64,000 nucleotides of DNA from Neophaeotheca triangularis (taxonomy: Eukaryota): positions 186,001-250,000 of the forward strand of contig BAAIJX010000025.1 of NCBI GenBank assembly GCA_054600435.1, given 5' to 3'. The notes below the pieces were generated by a model. It was not told where the DNA came from and ran no database searches. It was given only the letters and a program-made list of their open reading frames with translations. Of the stretch, positions 21,266-31,508 are shown one piece after another. Each line of letters begins with the position of its first letter. Position 1 is the stretch's first letter. The translations under genes and the position numbers were made by a program.

Positions 21266-21398
21266 GTTGGACAGACACCCGCGAGAATATGTAAGTGGGA
21301 GGGAGGAAGCGGGCAGAGTGTCTGTGTATGTGTCTGTGTCTGTGTCTGTGTCTTGTGACTCTGAAGTGCTGCGAGTGTAAGTGTAGGTTAGTAGTCAG

Positions 21399-21423
21399 GT
21401 GTGTGTGTGTGTGTGTGTGTGTG
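21399..21423. repeat. (GT)n microsatellite, with adjacent (GTGTCT)n near 21318-21352
   Basis: Directly visible. Confidence 0.9.
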
Positions 21424-21832
21424 GAGGTGGAGGTGGATACCTTCCAGGTTAGGTAGTACTACTGAATACCTACTGTACCTAGCGCTTGCTGCTCGGCGCG
21501 GCGGGTGACGGTGATACTGGAAGTCTGGGCGCGGGCGTGTGTGGGCGTGGGCGTGGGCAAGCTCTCCCCACCACCACCACCTCCAGGTCAAAGGCAAGAA
21601 GGGACTGGGAGTCTTGGACCCTCCATGTACTGTACTAGTATCCTGTGCTGCGAAGGCTAACCGTTTCGGTCGTCCCGTGCTGGACGTCACCTCGAAGACT
21701 CGACTGACTCCCCGGGTGCCTTGCATCCGCTCATATCATCTCGCACGCAACACACAAACAAAATACCCGCGACACGTCAATGAATTGGAAAACAAGCAGG
21801 AGAGCCAACCTTGCCCACACCGAAAGACCTCC

Positions 21833-23464
21833 ATGATGCCAGACTACTCCAACCTGGACAATAAACCCATCGAATCCGCCAGCACCTCGACCATTGCCTT
21901 GTCATCGATACCACTTCTACTCACTTTCCTACTCGCATCTTCCGTGGCTGCGCGCAAACTATATCCTTCCCTCTCTGGTGACCGGGACGCGAACCTCGAT
22001 GAGACCTTGCCACAACATACCAACAAGGCAGCTTTCAAGCCGCGAAGGCAATCCCTTGCAGATTTACGCAAACCTTCCGCACAAGGCCTGGCCAGTTTTG
22101 TATTCGCTGCAAGTCTCGGACTTAGTAGCGTTCTCGTCGAGCTCATTCTTTGCGAAATCAGCAATACTTTGAATGCAGCCGCTCGCGGGTTGGCACTTCG
22201 AGTAACATTGAGCTCACTGCTGATTCTTTCGATCCTTGTGACGCCAGCACTAGAGATCCATAGCTTTTCAGGGGCCGTTTTGGGTTTGTCTCCGGATGTC
22301 ACCTCAACGCGCAGGACAAAACCCCGTATACGCATGCTCCTGGAAGTAGCCATCTTCACCTTGTGGCTGCTGCTCTTCTGGTACATACCTCAAGCTTCCA
22401 TACTTCGTTCGGCTTTGCGCCCAACCCAACAAGATGGCACTCTTCACACTCCTGATCACAACTTCACCGAAGACTGTCTGGAGCGCATCGGTATCATAGG
22501 CATCTCCCTCATGGCCTCGCTCTCGGGCTTTGCCGCCGTCTCCTCCCTTTGGCAGACCTTTGGCATTCGCCACCGTCCAGTATCTGCTTCAGACATTGAG
22601 CGCAAGGAAGCCGGCCTCGCAGCAACAGTCTCAATGCTAGATTCCAAAACATCACGCATCCGCGCTCTGCGGCGAAAGATGGACGACACAAAAGGCCAAA
22701 GCGACAATCAAGGCTTCTTCGGCCGCTTGGCAGGGTCACTACGACCAGACAAAGAAACCCAAGAACTTCAGGCCCTCCAAATGGAAGTTCAAGGCCTCAC
22801 AACCATGCGCTTAGGCCTCAGCAGCTCGCTCCACACCCTCCGCGAACGCCACCATCAGCAAACGACCCAACGCAGCGCCGCCGGCCGCGCCTGGAAAGTC
22901 TTCAACACTGGCTTCGCCCTCTACTGCGCCTACCGCATCTTCGCGACTTCGCTCTCCAGCCTCCGCCGCTGGTGGCAACCGGGCACGACCTTCGCAACCT
23001 CGGACCCCATCAACAACCTTCTCGCCCTGCTCACAACACACTACGACTCGAACCTCGACCGCGCGGCATGGTCGCGCCAAATCTCCTTCCTCCTCTCCGG
23101 CGTCATGCTGCTGGCCTCTTTCAACGCCGTCCTCCAGACTTTCCGGCTCTTCGCGCGCTTCTTCCCCTCGATGCTGAGGCACTCGCACACCTCGCTGCCG
23201 CTGATCATCAGCCAGGTAGCCGGAACGTATGTTGTCGCGAGCGCGCTGCTGCTGAGGTCGAACCTGCCTGCCGAGGTTGGCGGGGTCATTAGCGAGGCTT
23301 TGGGGGCGCCGCTTGAGGGTAAGTTTGTCGAGGGCTGGTTTGAGAGCTGGTTTCTTGTTGCTGTTGGCTTGACTGCTGTTGGGATTTTGGTGGGGAGGAA
23401 GGTTGGAGGAGCCGGTGAGGATGAAGCGGAGGATGAGGGCGTGGAGATGGGGAAGTGGAGTTGA
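21833..23464 (+). CDS. GPR89/Golgi pH regulator (ABA-GPCR-type) membrane protein
   Basis: Multiple TM helices, LVELILCEI, LERIGIIGISLMASLSGFAAVSS, WSRQISFLLSG and YVVASALLLRSNLP. The start is placed at the first ATG. Confidence 0.85.
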   Translation: MMPDYSNLDNKPIESASTSTIALSSIPLLLTFLLASSVAARKLYPSLSGDRDANLDETLPQHTNKAAFKPRRQSLADLRKPSAQGLASFVFAASLGLSSVLVELILCEISNTLNAAARGLALRVTLSSLLILSILVTPALEIHSFSGAVLGLSPDVTSTRRTKPRIRMLLEVAIFTLWLLLFWYIPQASILRSALRPTQQDGTLHTPDHNFTEDCLERIGIIGISLMASLSGFAAVSSLWQTFGIRHRPVSASDIERKEAGLAATVSMLDSKTSRIRALRRKMDDTKGQSDNQGFFGRLAGSLRPDKETQELQALQMEVQGLTTMRLGLSSSLHTLRERHHQQTTQRSAAGRAWKVFNTGFALYCAYRIFATSLSSLRRWWQPGTTFATSDPINNLLALLTTHYDSNLDRAAWSRQISFLLSGVMLLASFNAVLQTFRLFARFFPSMLRHSHTSLPLIISQVAGTYVVASALLLRSNLPAEVGGVISEALGAPLEGKFVEGWFESWFLVAVGLTAVGILVGRKVGGAGEDEAEDEGVEMGKWS

Positions 23465-23940
23465 TAACTATCTGTACGAATAGTGTCGCTTAGTTTGCTG
23501 GCAGCGTTTGCTATTATCTTGTGAATCCATGTCGTTGAGTGAAGCCGTGGAAAAGCATCTTTTTTCCTCAAAGTTGGCAGGCATAAAATCCGAATCGTAA
23601 TTCGCAGGCCACCCTTATTAGAAGCCTCAATCATGATCGCGATAGGTCAGGAAATTGTGACTACATGTCCCAACACTCAATCGCTCTCGACCCGAAACCA
23701 CATAGCGCTTTCGGTCAGCTTGAATCACGAACTGCAAGGTTCAGAAGTGACACAGTTGCAAGAATGGATATGAAAACTGGGTCTAGTGTTGCATAAAAGT
23801 AGCGTGTGCTCGAGTAGCTATAGACTACAGCGACCCGACCACGACAACAAAGCTCGCGGCACGACCGCGAAACAAGCTGCAGTCTGAGAACCACGTCCGT
23901 CGACCGTCATTAAAACGCCGGAAACCACGCTCGACAGCTT

Positions 23941-26544
23941 TTACTGTGCCCGAATAGCATTGCCCAAAGCACCGCCAGTGAAGCCGCTGCCACCGCCTCT
24001 CCTAATACCGCCTCCGCCACGGCCCCTACCACCGCGTCCACCGCCCCTGCCGCCACGCTGGGCACCCTGCCTCTCGAAGGCGTTCGCTGTGCCTTGTGTC
24101 CTCTGTTCCAAGACCCTCTCGTTGCCCTCGATGAGACCCTGGGCCTTGTCGGCGAGGGTGAGGGACAAGGATTGCAGCCTGCTAAGCTCAACGCCCTTGC
24201 GGAAGATGATGGCAGAGTTGACCTGGTCAAGAGCAGCCGCAAGTTCCTCGTGGTGAATCATCTTGCTGACAATGGCGGCGACCTTGTGGGCCTTGAGGTC
24301 GAACATCGATGCCAGGCTCTCGACGGATAGGGTGTCGTAGAAGGGGGCGTAGGTGAAGAGGTAGGTGCGCAGGCCCTCCTCTTGGATCTGCTCCTCGAGC
24401 ATCGACTTGATCTCGGCGCTCTTGGGTAGCAGCTCCCAGATCTTGATGGAGGTGATGAACTCCGCTGCCTTCTTCCACTCGCCCTGAGCAAGTGCCTTGG
24501 ACGCTTGCATCACGTGGTCACGAGTGTTCTCTGGCGGTCCGGTGAAGATTTGGCGCTCGTGGTACTCTAACATCCTGCGGTAGGACTTGGAGATGACGCG
24601 CTTCTTGATGTCAGGAGAGCTGCCGACTTGAGCGAGCAGCGGGATTTCGAGAAGCATAGAGCAGGTGAGGTAGACGCATTCGAGGAGTTCGAGGTTGATG
24701 TGCAGGTGAAAGGGAAGTTGGCGTTGACGCTCGATGCGCTCCTGCTCAGGAGTGATTTGAGAGTAGCGTTGCATCTGCAGACCTTGAGCCAACAGCTCCT
24801 TCTGTCGTTGAGAGCCGCAGATCTCTTGGAGGGACGTTTGGCATTCGTAGATTAGGCCAGCACGGAAGGCGCAGAGCCCGACTTGGGTCAGAGTGCGATT
24901 GAAGAGGATTTGAGTGTCGATGTTGAAGCTGACGATGGTCTCTTGCAAGTGGGACATGAGCATCATGTCACGAGCGCGGTAGTAATGGTCGTGGAGGGCA
25001 AGATAATAGACCTGGCACAACATGGCACGCGCGCGATGAGTGCCTTCACTGTGCTGGAAAAGGTAGCCGGCAAGAGTCTGGACGAGGTGGTGGATGTCTC
25101 TGTTCTGCTTTCTGGGCGTGATCTTGGAGTCCTGGTCTTGTGGGATCGCAGTCCAGGTGTTTTCCTCGAGAATGTCGACGACCTGGGACGGCTTGAAGTA
25201 GACGTGCTCAAGACGGCGGAGTAGGATGCGGTTAATAGCTTCGAGGGGTTGGTCGAGCTTCGGCTCGTCCTTGATCCTCTCGGCGTAGATCTGAGTGCGT
25301 GCGATGAGGGTGTAGAGGCCGCCTTCGTCGCTTAAACGCTCGACGTACTCGGCAGTGTGCGGGTCAATGTTTTGCAGGGCCCTTGTAAGCTCGTCGTCAA
25401 GGCGCTCGACGTAGGAGACGATGTTTCCAGGAATCTTGAAGATCTCGCCCGGCTCAATGGTGGGTTGCTTCTCGTCGTCCTCCCATTCCTCGGCCTGCTC
25501 AACGAGCGCCATTTCGGTATTGGCCTCGAGCACCTGCAACAGCTTGTTGGATTCCTGCACCGCAAGTTTCCATTGCTCAAGCGCCATTTGGTTTCCTGAG
25601 CCTGAGGACAGATCGAAGCGGGTCGAGATGAGCGTGTAGAGAACGCGGACTCTCTGGTAATCAGTCTGAGCCACATCGAATAGCCTCTCCATAATCCTGA
25701 TCTGCTCCAGACGGTCGGTGTTCTTCCTGCCACGTGACTCCACAATGCTCCTGAGGTGCTTGAGGATGCTCTCAGGCGTGTACACCATAGCTTTGCCGCC
25801 AGCTCCAACCATGGTGAAGCCATCGTCCCCGGCATCGATGGCGTTCTCGTTCGAGACAAGCGACTTCTTGGGCTTCTTTGGTGCCGGCGCAACCTCCTCA
25901 ACGACATCCTCCTTCATGAAATCATCGGGGTCTTTACGGTAAGCCTCAACTTCTGTGGCATAGTCGCGGTTGTTCTTCTTGATCTTCTGCCTCAGGGCGT
26001 TCAAACCCTTTTGCGCAATCGGGTTCATCTTCTTCGGCGTAACCTTCTGCTTCTCGAAAGCCTCCAGAACGTTTGTCTCCAGCTCGGCAACCGTTTTGAT
26101 GTACATCTTCGGCGCCTTGCCATCCGAATCACGCATGAGTACAGGAATCTGTCTGTTCATGCGGTCGAACTGTTCGTTGATGGCACTCCAGTCACCAATC
26201 TTCCCGGCGTTCTCGATCAATCGCACGGTCCCCTCAAGCTCGTCATACCGCTTGTCCTTTGCGGACTTGACGATGGTGACCTTCTCCTCTTCATCGCTCT
26301 CGCCTTCGTCGGAGGACTCGTCCTTCAAGAATCTGCTCGCACCGGTCTTGCCTCCCTCATCATCGCTGCTCGAGTCCGAGTCATCATCTTCGTCCTCCTC
26401 CTCAGAGCTTTCATCCTCGGAGTCGGAGCCATCCTGTGCTGGCTTGTTGCGGGATTCCTGCTGCTCGTCGTCGCTGTACAGTTCCTCCTCGTCGGAGGAG
26501 CTTTCGCTCGAGCTGTCGTCACCGTGGAAGAAGCGGGAACCCAT
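23941..26544 (-). CDS. NIP1: Translation initiation factor eIF3 subunit c
   Basis: MGSRFF plus an acidic N-terminus, [32 protein letters not shown], a PCI domain and an RGG tail. Confidence 0.97.
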   Translation of the reverse strand: MGSRFFHGDDSSSESSSDEEELYSDDEQQESRNKPAQDGSDSEDESSEEEDEDDDSDSSSDDEGGKTGASRFLKDESSDEGESDEEEKVTIVKSAKDKRYDELEGTVRLIENAGKIGDWSAINEQFDRMNRQIPVLMRDSDGKAPKMYIKTVAELETNVLEAFEKQKVTPKKMNPIAQKGLNALRQKIKKNNRDYATEVEAYRKDPDDFMKEDVVEEVAPAPKKPKKSLVSNENAIDAGDDGFTMVGAGGKAMVYTPESILKHLRSIVESRGRKNTDRLEQIRIMERLFDVAQTDYQRVRVLYTLISTRFDLSSGSGNQMALEQWKLAVQESNKLLQVLEANTEMALVEQAEEWEDDEKQPTIEPGEIFKIPGNIVSYVERLDDELTRALQNIDPHTAEYVERLSDEGGLYTLIARTQIYAERIKDEPKLDQPLEAINRILLRRLEHVYFKPSQVVDILEENTWTAIPQDQDSKITPRKQNRDIHHLVQTLAGYLFQHSEGTHRARAMLCQVYYLALHDHYYRARDMMLMSHLQETIVSFNIDTQILFNRTLTQVGLCAFRAGLIYECQTSLQEICGSQRQKELLAQGLQMQRYSQITPEQERIERQRQLPFHLHINLELLECVYLTCSMLLEIPLLAQVGSSPDIKKRVISKSYRRMLEYHERQIFTGPPENTRDHVMQASKALAQGEWKKAAEFITSIKIWELLPKSAEIKSMLEEQIQEEGLRTYLFTYAPFYDTLSVESLASMFDLKAHKVAAIVSKMIHHEELAAALDQVNSAIIFRKGVELSRLQSLSLTLADKAQGLIEGNERVLEQRTQGTANAFERQGAQRGGRGGGRGGRGRGGGGIRRGGGSGFTGGALGNAIRAQ

Positions 26545-27119
26545 GTTGGCGACTGGTCAGTGGCTTTCAGGAGAACGGAGTTCCTTTCGTATTATTGTCA
26601 CTGCGAGATATGCTGCGGGACGTCCGGTGAAGTTGTAAATCCTGCCGGCCTTGTTGCCGCAGTGACTTTTCCTGTGCGTGCCGTGCGGTGCCAAGACTTC
26701 AGCGTGCGGGAGCTTCCGTGTCTCAGCCCAAGGCAAGTTCGACTTCACCTTCCCCTGCGCGACCTGCACGAATCACATATTGAACCCTGCCTGTTCTGTC
26801 ATACAGAGTCCGGTTTGCAGGCCCAAATGCGAGACTCACAGAAGCTACTGGAACTACACCGATCAAAGGCAAACACCAAAATAACGACGGGCCGCCCAAG
26901 AGAAAACATGAGTGACTTTCTTTCCACTTCCAATCATGCTTTGATTTACTCGGGTCTTCGTGATTGTATCAATCGAACACATTAGAAACGGGATAGAACT
27001 CAATTTTGAGCCCTTTGGATTGGCATTTGAGAAAACTATAGACTTCGCAAGACAGAGTGCTAAACCCCACTGGCATTGTAAAGCTAGGTGTTCGAACCTC
27101 TTAGCCACAATTGTGGATG

Positions 27120-28769
27120 CTACATCCTATCCCACATATTTCTCCTCATCTTCGGTATCCTGTAGAATCCAAGGTCCGAAATCATAATCGAAGTCAAGGA
27201 ATTTCCATCTGGATTGATCCGCCAATGCGGATGCCAATTCGGTCCGGCAGTCCGAGCAAACATACGATACTGGCTGTATCCCACGAGCACGTGCATACTT
27301 CCAAGTATCGAAGCCTCCTCCCTCGCTCTGACCCTCTCTTCGGAGTCTGGTACCCCTATGCCACGGGAATACTCGCGAATCTGCCATTGTGGAGGCCCGA
27401 CCAACACGCTCACACGGCTTCCCTCTTCGAGATTTCGTATGTTTGTCTTGACGTATTCGACCAGCTCGATGACGGCTGCTTCTGCAGAAGACTCCATCTG
27501 GCCATCTTGTTCCCGGTCAGCTGAACCACGCAGTCTCAGGTCTCGGACTCCACGCTGATGGTTTAGAAAGCGTATGACATCCAACGAGCAGACGCCCCGG
27601 GTGCCTTGGTCATTGTCCAGGCTAACGAAGGCCATATTGATCACAGTAAGCTTCGCGAGGCTGGGCCAAACATCGTGCTGAAGTGTTCTGAAGGAAAAGT
27701 CGTCGGAGCCTGGCGTCATGCCATGGATCTCAATACCAACAATATGCCTTGTTTGCACAAGCAGTGCAGACCAACCGTCTAGCGACACATCCAATGCATG
27801 CTGGATGTCAACGGGTTATCCGTCTCCGGTTCGAGTTTCCTGGATGGATATTGTCGAGAGACGCTCTAGACCAAGTCTGGCATCCTCGGGCGATCCTTCT
27901 GATCCCACAGTCCAGCAGGTATTGCTCATGGCAGAGCGGGGTAGATGGGAAACCACCATGCACAGTCCGGTGACTGATGAGGTTTGGCAGAACTTTGAGC
28001 AGTAGCCCAACGCCAACGGTCCGGGCACGCCTGATTTGAAGATGTCTGATGTTGTACCAGAGATTACCGGACATCCAGTCTGCTGCCAACGTCTCTCCGT
28101 TCGCCACTGGATCAGTCTCGCTTGTATAATAATGAGACTCGATGTTGAAGCCCCAAGTTTCTCGTTACCTTCAGGAAGAATCAGTTCGCCGGTAACTTCG
28201 ACGCAAGAGAGGTTGGGGAGCAGGTCTAAACACTGGGTCAGAACTTGTTCAAAGCGCCCGCTCTGCTCCAAGCTCGTTTGCTCGCGGCAGTGTTTATCCT
28301 ATTTTTCCTTCAGTGTCCGTGCTAGGACGTGGCTGGACCCATAGGCACGGAACATCTGGGATGTCCCAGGAGTGCCCAGGATGTTGGCAAAGTATGGGGA
28401 TTCGCATAGGTTAGCCATCAACACCACATGGCGGATGCATGGTGCCCAATTCAGATTGCGGCAGATAGCTTCGAAGCGATCCAGCGAAGCGTCGGATATC
28501 TCCAGATATATCATTGTCATGCGCTCTTGCAAGGCGTCCAAGGCCGGTGCATCCAGGGCTCGACACGTGAGACGCATATTCATCAAGCTCTGTCGATCTG
28601 CGGTAACGGCACAGCGAGTGAGTCTAGTTGGCCCAGTTGAATAAAATCCATCGTTCAGCGCCTTTGCTACGTTCACAAGCAACTCGGGAGGTAGATCGAG
28701 GATGGTTTTATATCCTGGTCGCTGTTTGGTTGGGTATGGCGAGCTGATGCTCTCAGCCAAGTCAGTCAC
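27120..28769 (-). pseudogene. Probable pseudogene of an F-box-type protein (550-codon frame, GTG start, two internal stops)
   Basis: ORFs 28769-28299, 28271-27816 and 27794-27120 share one frame, split by TAG (28301-28299) and TAA (27818-27816). F-box-like TILDLPPELLVNVAKAL..LMNMRLTCRAL. Confidence 0.65.
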
Positions 28770-29367
28770 TGTTGGTAATCGATTGCAGACAGGCTCGTCG
28801 ATTTTGTTGTTGGGGATTGTGGTGTTTTGGTCGCGGCAGTGGGGAGTAGGGGAGACTGTGAGTAGGACGTAAAAGGGTGTGAGAGTTTGAGTCGAAGATT
28901 GTAGATGGCAGGAGAGCTCCTAGGTATATCTAAACACCTACCTTTAGTGACATACACTACATCGTTATGAGGGCATTGCTCTAGGGACTATAGAGGCCTC
29001 GTGGTGGGAAACAAAGCAAGTTGACTACTCCCTGTGCAGATAACGAGGTAAAGTGTGTTTGAGTTCTTCTCGTCACAAACGGGCTGAATTTGTGAAGCAT
29101 GTTCCCCCGAGGCCTTGTATTTAATACACATCAATAGAGCAGGAAGTCTTTCGAGTCTTGTGACAAAGGCGCCGTTCCAGGAGCTCGTCATCTCGTATGA
29201 TACGCGAAATAAAAGGAAAAGAGAAGAGTCTGTTCGAGTTGCTGTATCTCAAACCCGAGCCCTAAAGCCACCAGCTGAAAGTGAGGCCAGCCGTTTCTGA
29301 CGTCGCATGACAACATGACGTTGGACCTTGCACTTCAGAAATTTATAAACCGCACACGCTTTTTGAA

Positions 29368-30366
29368 ATGGAGCGCTCTCATCACCACCACCATCGGAGC
29401 GAGCGTAAAAGGTCCCGTTCACCCCGAAACGATGGTCACCGAGAGGATGTGAAAGCCCAACGCTCACGGTCTCCGCACCGTAGACGCCACCACCACTCCC
29501 GTCGAAGGGACTCTCCTCCAAAGCCGGTCGCTGTATTGCCATGTCATGCTCAACATCTACACAAGCGTGACTTTGAGCAATACAAGGCTCTCTTCGCCGA
29601 CTATCTCGACCTCCAGAAGCAACTCGACTTGAGTACGCTGAGTGAGGATGAAACAAAGGGCCGCTGGAAGAGCTTCCTTGGCAAGTGGAATCGCGGAGAG
29701 CTGGCCGAAGGATGGTATGACCCAGGCAGCAAGCAGAGGGCAGACGATAGAGCTGCCGAAGACGATCAAATGATAGCATTGCCTCTCTCAAGGCCCGCTA
29801 CCGAGGCCGCCCCCAAGCCAACACCAGCCAGGGTGCAAAGTGACGAAGACGAAGACGAGGATGACTTCGGCCCCGCTCTTCCCAAGCAGTCGTCCAAGTC
29901 AGGCCCTAGGGTCCCCACCTTAGAAGATCTAGACTATCGTGGCGAGCTCGTCGACGAAGACCGCGCCGCCCAACGCGCCGATCTACGCTACGAGCGAAAG
30001 CAAGATCGGCAACTCCAAAAGGAACGTCTAGAAGAGCTCGCACCCCGCGCAGATCCGGGCTCGCGTGAACGCCAGCTTGAGAAGAAGCGTGAGACCACTG
30101 CTGCCAATCGTGCTTTCCGCGACGCCAAGTCGCCTGGCGCAGAAGAGATTGGGGAAGCCGATCTTCTGGGCGACGATGCCGATGCCTTGAAGAAGGAGAA
30201 GAGGGAGATGCAGAAGAAGAAGAGTGAGCGAGAGATCAGGAAGGAGGAAGTGCTTAGAGCCCGGCAAGCTGAACGCGAGGAACGTTTGGCTGAGTATAGG
30301 GCCAAGGAGGAAAAGACCATGGACATGCTTAGAGGCCTGGCCGCCCAGCGATTCGGAAAACGCTGA
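29368..30366 (+). CDS. Conserved nuclear charged protein (SCI1/'HEL117'-like family)
   Basis: RS/H-rich N-terminus, FADYLDLQKQ..KGRWKSFLGKWNRGELAEGWYDP, ERLEELAPRADPGSRERQLEKK and a coiled-coil C-terminus. Confidence 0.75.
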   Translation: MERSHHHHHRSERKRSRSPRNDGHREDVKAQRSRSPHRRRHHHSRRRDSPPKPVAVLPCHAQHLHKRDFEQYKALFADYLDLQKQLDLSTLSEDETKGRWKSFLGKWNRGELAEGWYDPGSKQRADDRAAEDDQMIALPLSRPATEAAPKPTPARVQSDEDEDEDDFGPALPKQSSKSGPRVPTLEDLDYRGELVDEDRAAQRADLRYERKQDRQLQKERLEELAPRADPGSRERQLEKKRETTAANRAFRDAKSPGAEEIGEADLLGDDADALKKEKREMQKKKSEREIRKEEVLRARQAEREERLAEYRAKEEKTMDMLRGLAAQRFGKR

Positions 30367-30454
30367 GGTTGCTTTGGCTTCCATCGCAGTTCAATTGGTA
30401 AGTCAAAACTCATATCCTCATTCACCCAGCAGCGTCTCGAAGTCCGAGCATGAC

Positions 30455-30537
30455 ACGATGATATCAATGTCCAAATATGTTTCAAGACGGGGCGGAGAGA
30501 CTTTCGTCTCATTGAATGATACTACATTTCTTACTGA
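30455..30537 (+). ncRNA. Candidate intronic box C/D snoRNA, copy 1 (LSU rRNA guide TGTTTCAAGACGGG)
   Basis: Degenerate C box ACGATGA 30455-30461, guide 30478-30491 followed by g-CGGA (D'-like), D box CTGA 30534-30537. Lies inside the intron GTAAGT 30398..GCTAAT..CAG 30610. Confidence 0.6.
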
Positions 30538-30758
30538 TATCCTGCATTCGAGCCACAATATGCGTGCTGAGCAGTCACAAGCGGGGAGCTAATATGTCTT
30601 CGCACTCCAGAACCACTCTTCGCCTTATTTCGTACGGCAGGATTTGCCGACGAGCCGACAATTGGGCGACATTGCAACCATCCGCTGGACGCAGCAGCAC
30701 ACAGACCGCGTAAGTTGCCACTTCGTTATGCTTCCACCTGCTTGACACCAAACACGCT

Positions 30759-30839
30759 ATGATGAAGTAAACTACCTAATATGTTTCAAGACGGGCCACA
30801 TAGGGCTCGCCTCTCTGAACGATGATAGTTACCTACTGA
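30759..30839 (+). ncRNA. Candidate intronic box C/D snoRNA, copy 2
   Basis: Canonical C box ATGATGA 30759-30765, the same guide at 30782-30795, D box CTGA 30836-30839. Lies inside the intron GTAAGT 30710..GCTAAC..CAG 30915. Confidence 0.7.
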
Positions 30840-31508
30840 TGCTTTGCAATCCTTTTACCAATGTCACTCAATAACGGCCTTTGGGAAGATTTGAGCTAAC
30901 ACGCTTATGCAACAGATACTAGCACTAACACCATCTGCTAAGTGCTGCGACTGCTACGCTGCGTACCTAGATAGAGACTGTAACATCTTCCAAAGTTAAC
31001 CCTTAATACCATGCCATCATTGGGTTTACGAGATCGCTGTGATCTCATTGGCAGTCCCTCTGTTTGCATTGCGATGCCACCTAAAGTCGAATTGACAAAG
31101 CCACATTCATCCATTCGGCACCAGAAAAGGTAGATCGATGACATTGCTCACGGATGAGGCGTAGTTTCAACACCACTGAGCTGGCGACATCAGCGACCCG
31201 TGATCAACATAAGAGAAAGAAAAACGTACAAAGTCTACACCATGGTCCACGGATGGTACAAGCAAGAGAAAGGAGGAAGAAAGCACAACAACCACCTCGG
31301 TCCTCGAAACCAGTCTCAGTACCGGGCAAACCGCAAATTCAGCACTACGACGCAAAACCGCCAACAACCGACCTCTCTCCAGACACCCCCCGGATGCCGC
31401 AGCCACAGCCTTAAATTCCCTCCAACCCCGCCTCGTCTCGTCTCGTCTCGTCTCACCTCTCACCACTCCCGGAAAAACCCCCTGCCCTCCAACCTGAGTA
31501 CCGTGCCG

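Noticed and set aside
21539..21832. Long N-terminal extension of the GPR89-like ORF
   Set aside because: It starts at GTG in repeat-rich promoter DNA. The first ATG is at 21833.
25756..26985. 409-aa antisense ORF over NIP1, and similar shadows over ERG6, TBP, cutA, gldB and the 43 kb gene
   Set aside because: Expected stop-poor antisense frames of high-GC3 genes, with no protein-like features.
27816..28301. Stop codons repaired by A-to-I editing or programmed readthrough
   Set aside because: TAA would need double editing, and the ATG start also appears lost. Pseudogenisation is simpler.
30478..30795. rDNA fragment or LR3 primer contamination
   Set aside because: The match is limited to 14 nt, is antisense, and sits in a box C/D and intron framework in both copies. 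A snoRNA explains it better.
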